Source: Candidatus Tepidifontimicrobium thermophilum (GTDB taxonomy: Bacteria; Sysuimicrobiota; Sysuimicrobiia; Sysuimicrobiales; Sysuimicrobiaceae). Taken from it: 64,000 nucleotides of DNA. Position numbers and translations under genes: made by a program. Location of the stretch: assembly GCA_031459915.1 (NCBI GenBank), contig JAVKHO010000004.1:64001-128000 (forward strand). Reading direction: 5' to 3'. The notes beneath the pieces are model-generated. The model searched no databases. It saw nothing but the letters and a program-made list of their open reading frames with translations, and had not been told where the DNA came from. Shown here piece after piece: positions 1-10,192 of this stretch. Each line of letters starts with the position of its first letter. Position 1 is the stretch's first letter.

Positions 1-857
1 AAGCCCTCCGGGGCAGTGTACCAAGGCCGCTTCGCGAAGGGGACCTCCGGCACCCTACCCAGCACGGACCTCGCCCTCGGCACGATCGCCCGCGCGAGCT
101 CCTCGGAAGGATATTCCGTGAAGCGCCGGATGACGTTGACGTCCACGACTTTCATGTTCTTCGGGTCCCGCACGTCCAGGAACACGCTCAGGACCGCCAG
201 TTTCCCGTTCTCCTTGAAGTAGTAAATCGCGGGGGTGACCGTCCGCAGAGGCCGCTTCTTGTACGCGGTGATGACCTCCGCCACCTTCACCATGGGGTAC
301 CACGGCTTGCCCTCCAGCACCGCCTTGACCCTCGCGTCCTGCAGCACGACCCGGTGCCGAGCCACCGCGTCCGGACCCTCGTTCTTCGGAATCCGCTTCC
401 ACGTGACGTCCTTCGGTCTCGTGACCGTCAACGCCACGATCTGGTCATAGCGGCGGTCCACCAGGGCGTACACCACCTGGTGGCCGGCCGCGGTGATTTC
501 GAACCCGTTCTCCAGGTCCCCTTGCACCCGCATGTCCGTGGATCCCTGCAGGCTCACTGAGTCCAGGTCGTTGGTGAGCGGGTCGTAGGCTTCGAACGAC
601 GCGATCCAGCCGCGCGCGATACGGTTCACCTCGGGGTCCGCCAGCACCACCTCGACGGCCCTCCGCTGGCGGTAGAAGAAGAGGGACTTGTACGCGTCCC
701 GCCCCACGTCCCGGGACGTGAGCAGGCGGGCGGTGGCGATGCGCGGGGAGACCGCTTGGGCTTCCCCAGCGGGCGGGGACGCAGCGTGCACGCCCGCTAC
801 CACCAACCCCGAGGCCAGCAGCAGAAACGAACGGATCCCCCGCAAGAGTCCCCCCAT
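1..857 (-). CDS. Hypothetical exported protein, runs off the left edge (absent from ORF track because no stop lies in the window)
   Basis: Open frame read by hand from ATG 857 (or 863) to base 1: MGGLLRGIRSFLLLASGLVVAGVHAASPPAGEAQA...; signal-peptide-like N-terminus; GAGGGGTG RBS; GC-rich third codon positions. Confidence 0.75.
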   Translation of the reverse strand, partial: MGGLLRGIRSFLLLASGLVVAGVHAASPPAGEAQAVSPRIATARLLTSRDVGRDAYKSLFFYRQRRAVEVVLADPEVNRIARGWIASFEAYDPLTNDLDSVSLQGSTDMRVQGDLENGFEITAAGHQVVYALVDRRYDQIVALTVTRPKDVTWKRIPKNEGPDAVARHRVVLQDARVKAVLEGKPWYPMVKVAEVITAYKKRPLRTVTPAIYYFKENGKLAVLSVFLDVRDPKNMKVVDVNVIRRFTEYPSEELARAIVPRARSVLGRVPEVPFAKRPWYTAPEG

Positions 858-1007
858 TCCCATCACCCCTCTTCGCTTCGGAAGCCCCCCGGCACAGCCG
901 GCAGTCAAAGTCTTCTGTTAATTCTCCCCACGGCCCGGAGGGTTCCTGCGCCCCTTCCAGGATCCCGCCCGGGCACCCGGGTAAGCACTGCCGGTGCGAC
1001 CGGCCTA

Positions 1008-2138
1008 CTAAGGCCGTAAGCCCCGCGGGCCCTCGTACAGCACCCGGGGCCGGAACAGGCGGTTGTTCGCGTGTTGCTCCGTCACGTGGGCCACCAAGCC
1101 CGCGGTGCGCGCCACCAGGAAGATGGGGGTGTACAGCTCGATAGGGATGCCGAGGAGGTAGTAGATCAACCCCGCGGGGTAGTCCGCGTTCGGGTACAGC
1201 CCCTTCTCCCGTTGCATCACGCGCTCCACCACCCCGTGGATCCGCACCAGCTCCCCGCCCTCCGGCCGCCGCGACGCCAGGGCGGGGAGGAACTCCCGCA
1301 TGAGGAGGGCCCGGGGGTCGTACCGGCGCATGTACACCCGGTGCCCGAAGCCCATGATCCGCTCGCCGCGGCGCAGCCGCTCCAGTATGTAGGCCTCCGC
1401 GGCCTCCGCCCCCCCGTGCTGGAGGATGTCCAGCAGCATGTGGGCCACGGCCTCGTTGGCACCCCCGTGCAACGGCCCCTTCAGGGAGGCGGCCGCCCCC
1501 ACCAGGGCCCCGTACAGGTCGGAGAGGGTGGACGCGATGACCCGGGCCGCGAAGGTGGAGTTGGGCATCTCGTGCTCGATGTAGCAGGTCAGGGTGAGGT
1601 CGAACACCCGCACCGCCTCGGCGTCCGGCCGGCCGCCCGTGAGCATGTACAGGAAGCCCTCGGCAAAACCCAGGGACGGGTCCGGCCGGACCCTAGGCAG
1701 CCCGCGCAGGGCGCGGTAGGCGTTGGCGGTGATGGCGGGCATGCGGGCCAGCACCCGGACCCCCTTGCGGAGGTTGGCTTCCGGGGAGGAGTCCCGGAGT
1801 TCGTCGGGGTCCTCCAGCCCGGCCAGGAACGACAGCGCGGTGCGCTGCGCGTCCATCACGTGCATCCGGGGCGGCAGCAGCTCCAGCAGCCGGTACACCT
1901 CCTCCGGGAGCTCCGCTTCCGCCTTCAACTGCCCTTCGAAACCAACTAGCTCCTCTGCAGACGGCAGGTGACCGTACAGGGTCAGGTAGGCGACCTCGGT
2001 GTAGCGCCTGGTCCGCGCCAGCTCGATGAGGTCGTAACCCCGCAGCACGATCTGCTCGTGTTCCACGTCCAGGTAGGAGATGCCGGTGGCGGCGGCGATG
2101 ACCCCTTCCAACCCCGGGCTGTAGCTCGCCTGCGTCAT
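1008..2138 (-). CDS. prpC: 2-methylcitrate synthase / citrate synthase
   Basis: YSPGLEGVIA start, GPLHGGANE, MGFGHRVY, YPNADY motifs; ATGA overlap with prpB; next to prpB and prpD. Confidence 0.88.
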   Translation of the reverse strand: MTQASYSPGLEGVIAAATGISYLDVEHEQIVLRGYDLIELARTRRYTEVAYLTLYGHLPSAEELVGFEGQLKAEAELPEEVYRLLELLPPRMHVMDAQRTALSFLAGLEDPDELRDSSPEANLRKGVRVLARMPAITANAYRALRGLPRVRPDPSLGFAEGFLYMLTGGRPDAEAVRVFDLTLTCYIEHEMPNSTFAARVIASTLSDLYGALVGAAASLKGPLHGGANEAVAHMLLDILQHGGAEAAEAYILERLRRGERIMGFGHRVYMRRYDPRALLMREFLPALASRRPEGGELVRIHGVVERVMQREKGLYPNADYPAGLIYYLLGIPIELYTPIFLVARTAGLVAHVTEQHANNRLFRPRVLYEGPRGLRP

Positions 2139-3046
2139 CCCTGTCCTCCTTCCCGGAACCGCTGCGCCAGCTCGGCGTCCCACTCCTCGTAGGCGGCGTA
2201 GCCGATGCGGTCGTACAGCTCCGCGCGTGTCTGCAACCGGTCCAGAACCGCGACCTGCGTTCCGTCCCGGCGCAGCACCTCGAGGACCTCCTCCGCGGCC
2301 TTCATGGCCGCCCGCAGCGCGGTGACGGGGAAGATCACCACCCGGTAGCCGAGCTCCGCGAAGCGCTGGGCGGTCAGGTACGGGCTGCGGCCGAACTCCG
2401 TCATGTTGGCCAGCAGCCACCCGCCCACGCGTCGGGCGAACTCCGCGAACTCCGCCTCCGACTCCAGGGCCTCGGGGAAGAGAATGTCCGCCCCGGCCTC
2501 CCGGTACAGCAGGGCCCGCCTCACCGCGCCGTCCAACCCCTCCACCGCGCGCGCGTCCGTGCGGGCCACGATCAGGGCGTGTCTGCGGGCGGACGCCGCG
2601 GCCGCCACCTTCCGGGCCATCTCCTCGGACGGGACCACGGACTTTCCGGACAGGTGCCCGCACTTCTTCGGCAGCGGCTGGTCCTCCAGCTGGATCGCAG
2701 CCGCACCCGCCCACTCCAGCTCTCGCACCGCAGCGAGGACGTTCAGCGCTTCCCCGAAGCCGGTGTCCGCGTCCACCACCAGGGGAAGCCCGCACGCCCG
2801 GTAAACGCGCCGCACGAAATCCGCGAGCTCCGTCAGCGTGAACAAACCGAGGTCCGGCAGCGCCAGGCTCGCGGAGAAGGCGGCCCCGGACACGTACAGA
2901 GCCGTAAACCCCGCGCGCCGGGCCACCACCGCGCTCAGGGCGTTGAACACGCCAGGTGCCACCACCACGGGCTCGCGCTCCAGCAGCCGCCGCAGCACGA
3001 CTCCCGGCGGCTCCTCCGGACCCGGTCGCAGGAGCCAGGCGCTCAA
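2135..3046 (-). CDS. prpB: 2-methylisocitrate lyase
   Basis: DADTGFG, EDQ..PKKCGH, ARTDA, NMTEFG motifs. Confidence 0.92.
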   Translation of the reverse strand: MSAWLLRPGPEEPPGVVLRRLLEREPVVVAPGVFNALSAVVARRAGFTALYVSGAAFSASLALPDLGLFTLTELADFVRRVYRACGLPLVVDADTGFGEALNVLAAVRELEWAGAAAIQLEDQPLPKKCGHLSGKSVVPSEEMARKVAAAASARRHALIVARTDARAVEGLDGAVRRALLYREAGADILFPEALESEAEFAEFARRVGGWLLANMTEFGRSPYLTAQRFAELGYRVVIFPVTALRAAMKAAEEVLEVLRRDGTQVAVLDRLQTRAELYDRIGYAAYEEWDAELAQRFREGGQG

Positions 3047-3071
3047 GGCGAACCCGCACCCTCCCTCATCC

Positions 3072-4448
3072 CTACAGCCGCACCAGCCCGCCCAGCTCCC
3101 GCAGGCTCCGGTCCTCCAGGGTCCACACCGCCTCCACCACCCGCTGCGCCTGGGCCGGCGACAGCACCCCCTCCACGTTGGCCCGGAACTTGTTCACCAC
3201 CTCCGCGTCGCTGAGGGGGTTTTTGGCATGACCGCGGGGATACCGGACTTCCCGGGTGAACACCTGGCCCTCGTGGGTGCGGACCTCGATGCGGTTGGGG
3301 ATGCCGTCCGGATAACCCGCGGTGAGCTCGGGGTCCTCCTCCAGCTCCGTCCGCTCCTTCAGCATCCGCCGCACCTCCGGGTCGGTGAACCGCGCGGGGG
3401 AGAAGGAGGACCGGTCCACCCGGCCGTCCAGCAGCGCCACCACCACGATGTACGGCAGCGAGTGGTCCGCGGTCTCCCGGGTCTTGGGCTCCCACTTCTC
3501 GGGGTCCTTGGCGATGATCTCGTAGGCCGCGCGGAAGGTGGCGATGCGGACCGAGGCGATCCGGCCGGGGTCGTGCAGCTCCGCACGGAGCTGCAGCGCG
3601 GCGTCCACCGCGCTCTGGGCGTGGTACTCCACCGGCCAGTACTTAATGTACGTATCGAGGATCCGCCGGGGCGGCCGTTTGTCCCGTAGACCTCGCAGGG
3701 CCTGCTCCGCAAAGCCCTGCCCGCCCAGCAGCTGGCGGAAGAACCCCATCTCCCCCTCGAAGGGCTGGAAGGGCCCCGTCATCCCGGCCTCCGCCAGCAG
3801 CGCCCCGAACAGCGCGTGCCGGGCGGCGTTGGCCGCCGCGGCGCCTTTCCACATGGAGAGCTCCCCGGCCCGGGTCTGCCGCATGGCCGCGTGGGGCACG
3901 CACGCCAGGCTGATGGCGTGCTCGATGGCCTCCACGGGAAGGCCCAGCAGCCGTCCGGCCGCGGCCGCGGTAGCGACCCCGATGTAGTTCACGTGGTCCC
4001 AGCCCCACCGCCGCAGGCTCGCGGCGTCGCACAGGTTCACCCCCACCTCGTAGGCCACGGCCACCGACAGCAGAAAGTCGCGCGCGGGCAGGTCCCGCCA
4101 CTCCGCCAGGGCCCACAGGGCGGCGATGGTGTCGCTGGGGTGCAGGGGCTCTTGGGACAGGTACGTGTCGTTGAAGTCCAGGTAGCGGACCATCACACCG
4201 TTGCACAGCGCCGCGGCTTCCACGGGAGCCGTAAAGTTGGTGCCCCACAGGGTCGCGCCCCCGACCAGCGGCCAGTGGTAGGCGTACGCCCGCGCCGCCT
4301 TCGGCGCGGGCTCCGCGAAGGCTGCCAGCGCCACTCCCAGACTGTCCAGCACCCGTCGCTTGACCTCGTGCACCGTGGGTTCGGGCAGCTGCTCCCACTC
4401 CACGGCCGCCGCGTACTCCGCCAGCATCCGGCTGAACCGGTCGCTCAC
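3072..4448 (-). CDS. prpD: 2-methylcitrate dehydratase, MmgE/PrpD family
   Basis: RYLDFNDTY..HPSD, WDHVNY, RAGELSMWKG, IKYWPVEYHAQ motifs; prp cluster context. Confidence 0.88.
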   Translation of the reverse strand: MSDRFSRMLAEYAAAVEWEQLPEPTVHEVKRRVLDSLGVALAAFAEPAPKAARAYAYHWPLVGGATLWGTNFTAPVEAAALCNGVMVRYLDFNDTYLSQEPLHPSDTIAALWALAEWRDLPARDFLLSVAVAYEVGVNLCDAASLRRWGWDHVNYIGVATAAAAGRLLGLPVEAIEHAISLACVPHAAMRQTRAGELSMWKGAAAANAARHALFGALLAEAGMTGPFQPFEGEMGFFRQLLGGQGFAEQALRGLRDKRPPRRILDTYIKYWPVEYHAQSAVDAALQLRAELHDPGRIASVRIATFRAAYEIIAKDPEKWEPKTRETADHSLPYIVVVALLDGRVDRSSFSPARFTDPEVRRMLKERTELEEDPELTAGYPDGIPNRIEVRTHEGQVFTREVRYPRGHAKNPLSDAEVVNKFRANVEGVLSPAQAQRVVEAVWTLEDRSLRELGGLVRL

Positions 4449-4494
4449 GCTCCCTCCCTCGCGCGGTTCTGTGAGGGCTCCCTGCCGCCTGGTT

Positions 4495-5142
4495 CTACTT
4501 TGCCGACTCCGCTCGCCCCTCCTGCCCGTCCGGCGGCAGCAGTACCACGTGCACGATCCCCGGCCCGTGCACGCCTACCGCCAGGCTCATCTCGATGTCC
4601 GCGGACCGGCTGGGACCGCTGGCCAGCACCAGCGCGCTCGGCAGCCCTCCCAGCCGCTCCAACAGGTCGAAGAGGTCTGCGAGCACCCGGTCCTCCCGCA
4701 ACACCGCCACGTGCACAGGCGGGAGCAGGGACGCGGAACGGGGTCGGTTCGGGCGGGCCACCAGCACCAGGGTGGCGGACTCCGCGATCCCGTAGTCCGC
4801 GCCTGTGACGCCCACCTCCGCCTCCGACAACCGGTCCCAGTCCACGAGGGGCAGGCGCAGCTTCCGCAGCGAGACCCCGAGATCCCGCAGGGCCGGTTCC
4901 ACGTAGGTCCGCCTGCCGTCGCACAGCTGCGCCACGGCCGCGGCCAGCTCTCTAGGGTCCTCCAGGCGGTGCACACGGACGCCCAGCTCCTCCGCACGCC
5001 GGACGAACACGCCCACCGGGTCCGCTTGGAGCTGCCGACGGTAGCCCGCGGCCTCCGCGGGCGCCTCCGGGGAAGCCAGCTCGAGGGCCTCGCCGGACCG
5101 CGCGGACCGGACTGCCCGCAGGATCTCCTCGCGGCTGCTCAC
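4495..5142 (-). CDS. lutC: Lactate utilization protein C (LUD domain)
   Basis: GIAESATLV, SLLPPVHV, SGPSRSADIE...GVHGP; GTG start overlaps lutB stop. Confidence 0.85.
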   Translation of the reverse strand: MSSREEILRAVRSARSGEALELASPEAPAEAAGYRRQLQADPVGVFVRRAEELGVRVHRLEDPRELAAAVAQLCDGRRTYVEPALRDLGVSLRKLRLPLVDWDRLSEAEVGVTGADYGIAESATLVLVARPNRPRSASLLPPVHVAVLREDRVLADLFDLLERLGGLPSALVLASGPSRSADIEMSLAVGVHGPGIVHVVLLPPDGQEGRAESAK

Positions 5143-6518
5143 CTTCTGGCGGCCCGGTGGAAGGGTGTGGGGCTGAGGCGCGGCAGGTCCCGGCCGCGGG
5201 CCCAACGCCGCAAAGCGCCTACCGGGACGCGCCGGACCACGGGTTCCAGCACCCGCGCAGCCACGGAGGCCCAGCGGTACAGGCGCGGACGGCACAGCAG
5301 CCAGGCGGCCACACGTGCGGCCCTTCGCTCCCACCTGGCTTCCGCCGTCTGGCCGGCCCGCGCCCGCAGGGCCACCAGCATGCCGGGGATGTCGATGCGC
5401 ACCGGGCACACGTCCCTGCACGCCCCGCACAGGCTCGACGCGAAGGGTAGGTCCACTAGCCCCCGGCCGCCGGTGAGCGCGGGGGTCAGCACCGCGCCGA
5501 TAGGCCCCGAGTACACGGAGCCGTACGCGTGTCCGCCAGCCCGTTCGTACACCGGGCAGACGTTGAGGCAGGCGCTGCAGCGCACACACTGCAGGGCCTC
5601 CCGCAGCTCCGGGTCCGCCAGCACCCGGCTCCGCCCGTTGTCCACCAGCACCAAGTGGAAGGCGTCCGGCCCGTCCCGTTCCCCAGGCCCCCGCGGCCCC
5701 GTCAGCAACGACACGTACGCGGAAAGCCGCTGTCCGGTGGCGCTGCGGACCAGCAGGGGCAGGAACACCGCCAGGTCCGCCAGGCGGGGGAGGACCTTCT
5801 CGATCCCCGCCACCGCCACGTGGACCCGCGGAAGGCTGGTGACCATGCGGGCGTTGCCCTCGTTCTCCACCAGCACCACGGTACCGGTCTCCGCCACCAG
5901 GAAGTTGGCGCCCGTGATCCCCACGTCCGCCTGCAGGAACGCCTGGCGCAGGTGGGCGCGGGCCGCTGCGGTGAGGACCGGGACAGGGGCGTCCGCTGGG
6001 GTGCCCAGGTGGCGGCGGAACAGCTCGGCCACGTCCTCCCGCCGTTTGTGGATGATGGGCGCGATCAGGTGTGACGGGCGGTCGCCGCTGATCTGGACCA
6101 CGAACTCACCCAGGTCCGTCTCCACAGGCTCGATCCCGGCCTCCAGCAGGGCCCGGTTGAGCTCCACCTCCTCGGTGACCATGGACTTGCTCTTGACCAC
6201 CCGCCGGGCTCCCGCCTCGCGGCAGATCCGCACCACGCAGGCCGCCGCCTCCTCCGCGTCCCGGGCCCAGTGCACGTGTCCGCCTCGGGCGCGGACGGCT
6301 GCCTCCAGCTGCTCGAGGTACCGGTCCAGGTTTGCCAGGGTGTGCTCCTTGATGCGCTTGGCCCGGTCCCGCAGCACGTCGAAGTGGGGCAGTTCCGCGG
6401 TCACCTGCACCCGGCGGACGGCGAGGTTGTCGGTCACCCTCCGGATGGCCTCCCGCAACGCGGGATCCAGCACCGCGCGGGCGCTCGCTTCCCGGAAGCC
6501 GGCCGCGCTCGGGCTCAC
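5139..6518 (-). CDS. lutB: Lactate utilization protein B (Fe-S)
   Basis: KSKSMVTEE, ETDLGEF, CVRCSACLNVCP and SSLCGACRDVCP ferredoxin motifs. Confidence 0.9.
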   Translation of the reverse strand: MSPSAAGFREASARAVLDPALREAIRRVTDNLAVRRVQVTAELPHFDVLRDRAKRIKEHTLANLDRYLEQLEAAVRARGGHVHWARDAEEAAACVVRICREAGARRVVKSKSMVTEEVELNRALLEAGIEPVETDLGEFVVQISGDRPSHLIAPIIHKRREDVAELFRRHLGTPADAPVPVLTAAARAHLRQAFLQADVGITGANFLVAETGTVVLVENEGNARMVTSLPRVHVAVAGIEKVLPRLADLAVFLPLLVRSATGQRLSAYVSLLTGPRGPGERDGPDAFHLVLVDNGRSRVLADPELREALQCVRCSACLNVCPVYERAGGHAYGSVYSGPIGAVLTPALTGGRGLVDLPFASSLCGACRDVCPVRIDIPGMLVALRARAGQTAEARWERRAARVAAWLLCRPRLYRWASVAARVLEPVVRRVPVGALRRWARGRDLPRLSPTPFHRAARR

Positions 6519-7246
6519 GACCCGCCCAGTACCTCCGCCAGGTGCAGACACCGCAGCCGGACTCCCTTCCGGCTCAGCCCACCCGCCAGGTGCAGCAGGC
6601 AGCCCAGGTCGGTGGACACCAGCACCTCCGCTGTGGTGGCGCTGACGTCCTGCAGTTTGTCCCGGAGCATGGCCTCGGACACCTCCGGAAACTTGACGGA
6701 GAAGACCCCTCCGAACCCGCAGCACGCTTCCGGGTGGGCCAGGTCCACGAGCTCCAGACCCGCCACCCGCCGTAGGACAGCCCGCGCGCAGTCTGCGGCG
6801 CCGAGGCTCCTCAGCTGGTGGCAGGAGGCGTGAAGGGCCACGCGGTGAGGGAAACGGGCGCCGACGTCCTCCACCCCCAGCACCCGGACCAGGAACTCCG
6901 ACAGCTCGTAGGTGCGCTGGGCCACGGCCCGCGCGCGCCCCTCCCAGGGGCTTCCGGCCAACACCCGCGGGTAGAACTCCCGCACGGTGGCCACGCAGGA
7001 TCCCGAGGGAGCCACCACCGCGTCGAAGGGCTCGAACGTCTCCACCCACCGCCGGGCGAGCCGGGCCGCCTGGTCCGGGAAGCCGTCGTTCAGCAGGGGC
7101 TGGCCGCAGCAGGTCTGCCCCCCGGGGACTTCCGCGCGCAGCCCCACGCGCTCCAGCACCTGCAGCGTGCCCCGGGCGACGCTGGGTGCGAACTGGTCCA
7201 CCAGGCACGTGACGAAAAGGGCCACGCGGTGCGGGCGGTCAGGCAT
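6515..7246 (-). CDS. lutA: Lactate utilization protein A (CCG-domain Fe-S protein)
   Basis: LFVTCLVD, QTCCGQP, CCGFGGVFSVK, DLGCLLH motifs. Confidence 0.88.
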   Translation of the reverse strand: MPDRPHRVALFVTCLVDQFAPSVARGTLQVLERVGLRAEVPGGQTCCGQPLLNDGFPDQAARLARRWVETFEPFDAVVAPSGSCVATVREFYPRVLAGSPWEGRARAVAQRTYELSEFLVRVLGVEDVGARFPHRVALHASCHQLRSLGAADCARAVLRRVAGLELVDLAHPEACCGFGGVFSVKFPEVSEAMLRDKLQDVSATTAEVLVSTDLGCLLHLAGGLSRKGVRLRCLHLAEVLGGS

Positions 7247-7322
7247 CCCAGGGGAGGTTACGCGCTCCGGGCCCCAGGGTCCTGCGCCCGGCGCTGCCAG
7301 AGGGCCTGTGGATCGGACGTCG

Positions 7323-9638
7323 CTACCGTCCCGCCCGCAGGGCGCGCCACACCCGCTCTGCGGTGAAGGGGAAGTCCAGGTGCCGCACCCCGAAGGGCTC
7401 CAGGGCGTCCAGCACCGCGTTGGCGATGGCGGGCGGTGCGCCGATGGTCCCCGCCTCACCCAGACCCTTCGCTCCCAGCGGGTTCAGGGGAGAGGGTGTC
7501 TCCAGGAACTCGCTGACGAGGGGAGGCGCGTGCACCGCCCGCGGGAGCCCGTACTCCGCCAGGCTGGACGCCAGGGGCTGTCCCTGGTCGTCGTACTCGA
7601 AGGCCTCGGTGAACGCCTGTCCCAGCGCCTGCACCACGCTGCCCGAAATCTGGCCTTCCGCCAGGAGGGGGTTGACGATGCGGCCCGCGTCGTCCACCGC
7701 CACCAGCTTTAACACCTTCACTTCCCCCGTCTCCGGGTCCACCTCCACCACCGCGCCGTACGCGCCGTAGGGGAACACCGGACGCGGGATGGCGAAGTAC
7801 CCCACCGCCTCCAGGCCCATCTCCAGATCCGGCGGCAAGCGGTGCGGCTGGTAGGCCGCGGAGGCCACGTCGCGCCAGGAGACTACGCGCTCGGGCACCC
7901 CCCGAACCCAGATCCGACCGTCCTGCCAGTCCAGGTCGTCGGGAGAAGCCTCCAGCAGGTGCGCGGCGATAAGCTTGGCCTTCGCCCGGATTTTCTCCGC
8001 GGCCACCACGATGGCGGAGCCTCCCAGGGTGGTGGACCGGCTCCCGAACGTGCCGATGCTGCGGCCCAGCAGGTTCGTATCGCCGTACTGCACCAGGACG
8101 TCGTCCGGGTGCACCTGTAACAGGTCCGCGGCGATCTGCGCGAAGGAGGTCTCGTGGCCCTGCCCGTGGGGCACGGAGCCCGTGCGGACCACCACCCGGC
8201 CCGTGGGCTCCACCACCACCGCGGCGCTCTCCCAGAGCTGGCTCGCGGCCCGCTCCACGTAGAACGCCACCCCCACTCCCACGAGCCGGCCGTTGGCCCG
8301 GGCGCGCTCCTGCTCCTCCCGCCAGCGGTCGTACTCCAGCAGCTCCCGCAGCCTTTCCAGGGCCCGCGGGTAGTCGCCGGAGTCGTAGACGAATCCCAGG
8401 GGGTTGCGGTACGGGAACGCGTCGGGTCGGACCAGGTGCCGCATCCGGAATGCCACGGGGTCCTCGTGGAGCTCCCGGGCCACCAGTTCCGCCATCCGCT
8501 CCACCAGGTAAGCGGCCTCGGGCCTTCCGGCACCCCGGTACGGACCCGTGGGCACCTTGTTGGTGGCCACGCCCAGCAAGACCACGTGCGCGTGCGGGAT
8601 GGCGTACGCGCCCGTCATGAGCATGGCGGTGTTCACGGGCGGGACGGGCGTGGAGGGATACAAGTAGGCACCCGCGTCCGCCAGTAGACGGGCCCGCAGC
8701 GCCACCATCCGGTTTCCCCGGACGGCCACCTCTACCTCCGCGACCATTCCTCGCCCCTGGTAGCTGGCCAGAAGGTTCTCCCGGCGATCCTCCACCCACT
8801 TGACCGGGCAGCCCAGCACCAGGGCCGCCCAGGCGGCCAGCACGGTCTCCGGAGAGACCCCGAACTTGCTCCCGAAAGCCCCTCCCACGTCGGGCACGAT
8901 GAAGCGGATGCGCTCCTCCGGCCGCCGCAGGATGCGGCTCAACTGCTCGCGCGGCCGGTGGGTGCCCTGGGCGGACGCCCACACCGTCAGCAGGTCGGAT
9001 CCCGGCTCGTAGACGGCGACCGCGCCCCGGGTCTCCATGGGTACCGCGGCCAAGCGGGGAATCCGGAACTTCTGGCGCACCACCCGGTCCGCACGGGCGA
9101 ACTCGCCGTCCGGGTCTCCTCCCTTGCCTTCCCACCGGAACAGGACGTTGTCCGGAAGCTGCTCGTGCAGCCGCACCGCCCCCGCCAGCGACTCCTCGGG
9201 ATCCACCACGGCGGGTAAGGGATCGTAGTCCACCTCCACCACGGCTGCCGCGTCCTCCGCGGCCGCGCGCGTCTCTGCCACCACTGCGGCCACGGGTTCG
9301 CCCACGTAGCGGACCCGGTCGGTGGCGAGGACGGGGTGGGGGACCTGTTCCACCCGCGTGCCTTCCACTCCGGCCAGCGCGTACTGCCCGAGCCTGCCCG
9401 CTAGGTCCCGGCCGGTGAACACCGCCACCACGCCGGGTGTCGCCCGTGCCGCCTCCACCCGGACCCCGAGGACCCGGGCGTGGGCGTAGGGACTGCGCAC
9501 CACCACCAGGTGCAGCATTCCGGGCAGCTTCAGGTCGTCCACGTACCGCGCCTGGCCCCGCAGGAAGCGGCCGTCTTCCTTGCGCCTCAGGGGACGGCCG
9601 ACCCACCCTCCCGCAGGCGGAGCGTGCTCAACCCTCAC
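7323..9638 (-). CDS. Xanthine dehydrogenase family molybdopterin-binding large subunit (CoxL/CutL-like, not form I)
   Basis: RKEDGRFLRGQARYVDD, DVGGAFGSK, PYRGAGRPEA, HGQGHETSFAQI, GAKGLGEAG. Confidence 0.9.
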   Translation of the reverse strand: MRVEHAPPAGGWVGRPLRRKEDGRFLRGQARYVDDLKLPGMLHLVVVRSPYAHARVLGVRVEAARATPGVVAVFTGRDLAGRLGQYALAGVEGTRVEQVPHPVLATDRVRYVGEPVAAVVAETRAAAEDAAAVVEVDYDPLPAVVDPEESLAGAVRLHEQLPDNVLFRWEGKGGDPDGEFARADRVVRQKFRIPRLAAVPMETRGAVAVYEPGSDLLTVWASAQGTHRPREQLSRILRRPEERIRFIVPDVGGAFGSKFGVSPETVLAAWAALVLGCPVKWVEDRRENLLASYQGRGMVAEVEVAVRGNRMVALRARLLADAGAYLYPSTPVPPVNTAMLMTGAYAIPHAHVVLLGVATNKVPTGPYRGAGRPEAAYLVERMAELVARELHEDPVAFRMRHLVRPDAFPYRNPLGFVYDSGDYPRALERLRELLEYDRWREEQERARANGRLVGVGVAFYVERAASQLWESAAVVVEPTGRVVVRTGSVPHGQGHETSFAQIAADLLQVHPDDVLVQYGDTNLLGRSIGTFGSRSTTLGGSAIVVAAEKIRAKAKLIAAHLLEASPDDLDWQDGRIWVRGVPERVVSWRDVASAAYQPHRLPPDLEMGLEAVGYFAIPRPVFPYGAYGAVVEVDPETGEVKVLKLVAVDDAGRIVNPLLAEGQISGSVVQALGQAFTEAFEYDDQGQPLASSLAEYGLPRAVHAPPLVSEFLETPSPLNPLGAKGLGEAGTIGAPPAIANAVLDALEPFGVRHLDFPFTAERVWRALRAGR

Positions 9639-9710
9639 AGACTCGACCTCCTCACCTCGCGCGAACTCCCGAGCACACGCACCAGTATACGCCGGAGCCC
9701 CGGGGTCGCC

Positions 9711-10166
9711 TCAGCCGCGCCACGTGCAGGCCGGGCCCAGGAACACCGTCTCGTGCCGTCCCTGGGAGAAGTACTCCAGGAATGTGAGCTCGGAGTCCGG
9801 GTCCGCCAGGAGCTGGTGGATGTCTCCCTCCGCCACCCACACCACCGAGCCCGCGCGCAGGGGGAATTCGGCGTCCCCGATGCGGATGCGGCCGCGGCCG
9901 GCCAGTACGAGGAAGAAGTGTTCGGTTCCCCTGTGGAGGTGTACGGGGGAGGCCGAGCCAGGGGCCACGGTCACCACGTCCACCAGCAGGGAGCTGCCCG
10001 TGTTGGTGTGGTTGAGCAGGACACGCTTTCTCCGCCCGTCGTGCACGGATACGAGCTCAGGGACCTCCTCCAGGTGGAACACCTTGGAACCCGGACCCCG
10101 GCCCACCACCTGCTCGGCGTCCGCCAGCGCCTCGTGGGGCACGGCGGCCCGCTGGGTCTCCGCCAT
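9711..10166 (-). CDS. Cupin domain protein
   Basis: PVHLHRGTEHFF...G.G and EGDIHQL cupin motifs; AAAGGAGG RBS before ATG 10166. Confidence 0.8.
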   Translation of the reverse strand: MAETQRAAVPHEALADAEQVVGRGPGSKVFHLEEVPELVSVHDGRRKRVLLNHTNTGSSLLVDVVTVAPGSASPVHLHRGTEHFFLVLAGRGRIRIGDAEFPLRAGSVVWVAEGDIHQLLADPDSELTFLEYFSQGRHETVFLGPACTWRG

Positions 10167-10192
10167 CGCTACGGCCTCCTTTCCGTCCGTCC

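Noticed and set aside
1008..3059. 683-aa ORF suggesting an N-terminally extended citrate synthase
   Set aside because: The extension is an alternative frame over prpB; the real start is ATG 2138 with an RBS and ATGA coupling. The same artefact inflates several track ORFs (lutB, lutC, the hydrolase, prsW-B, the GCGCL proteins).
7323..9638. Second true CO dehydrogenase
   Set aside because: The active-site loop is PYRGAGR, not AYxCSFR, so CO oxidation is not supported.
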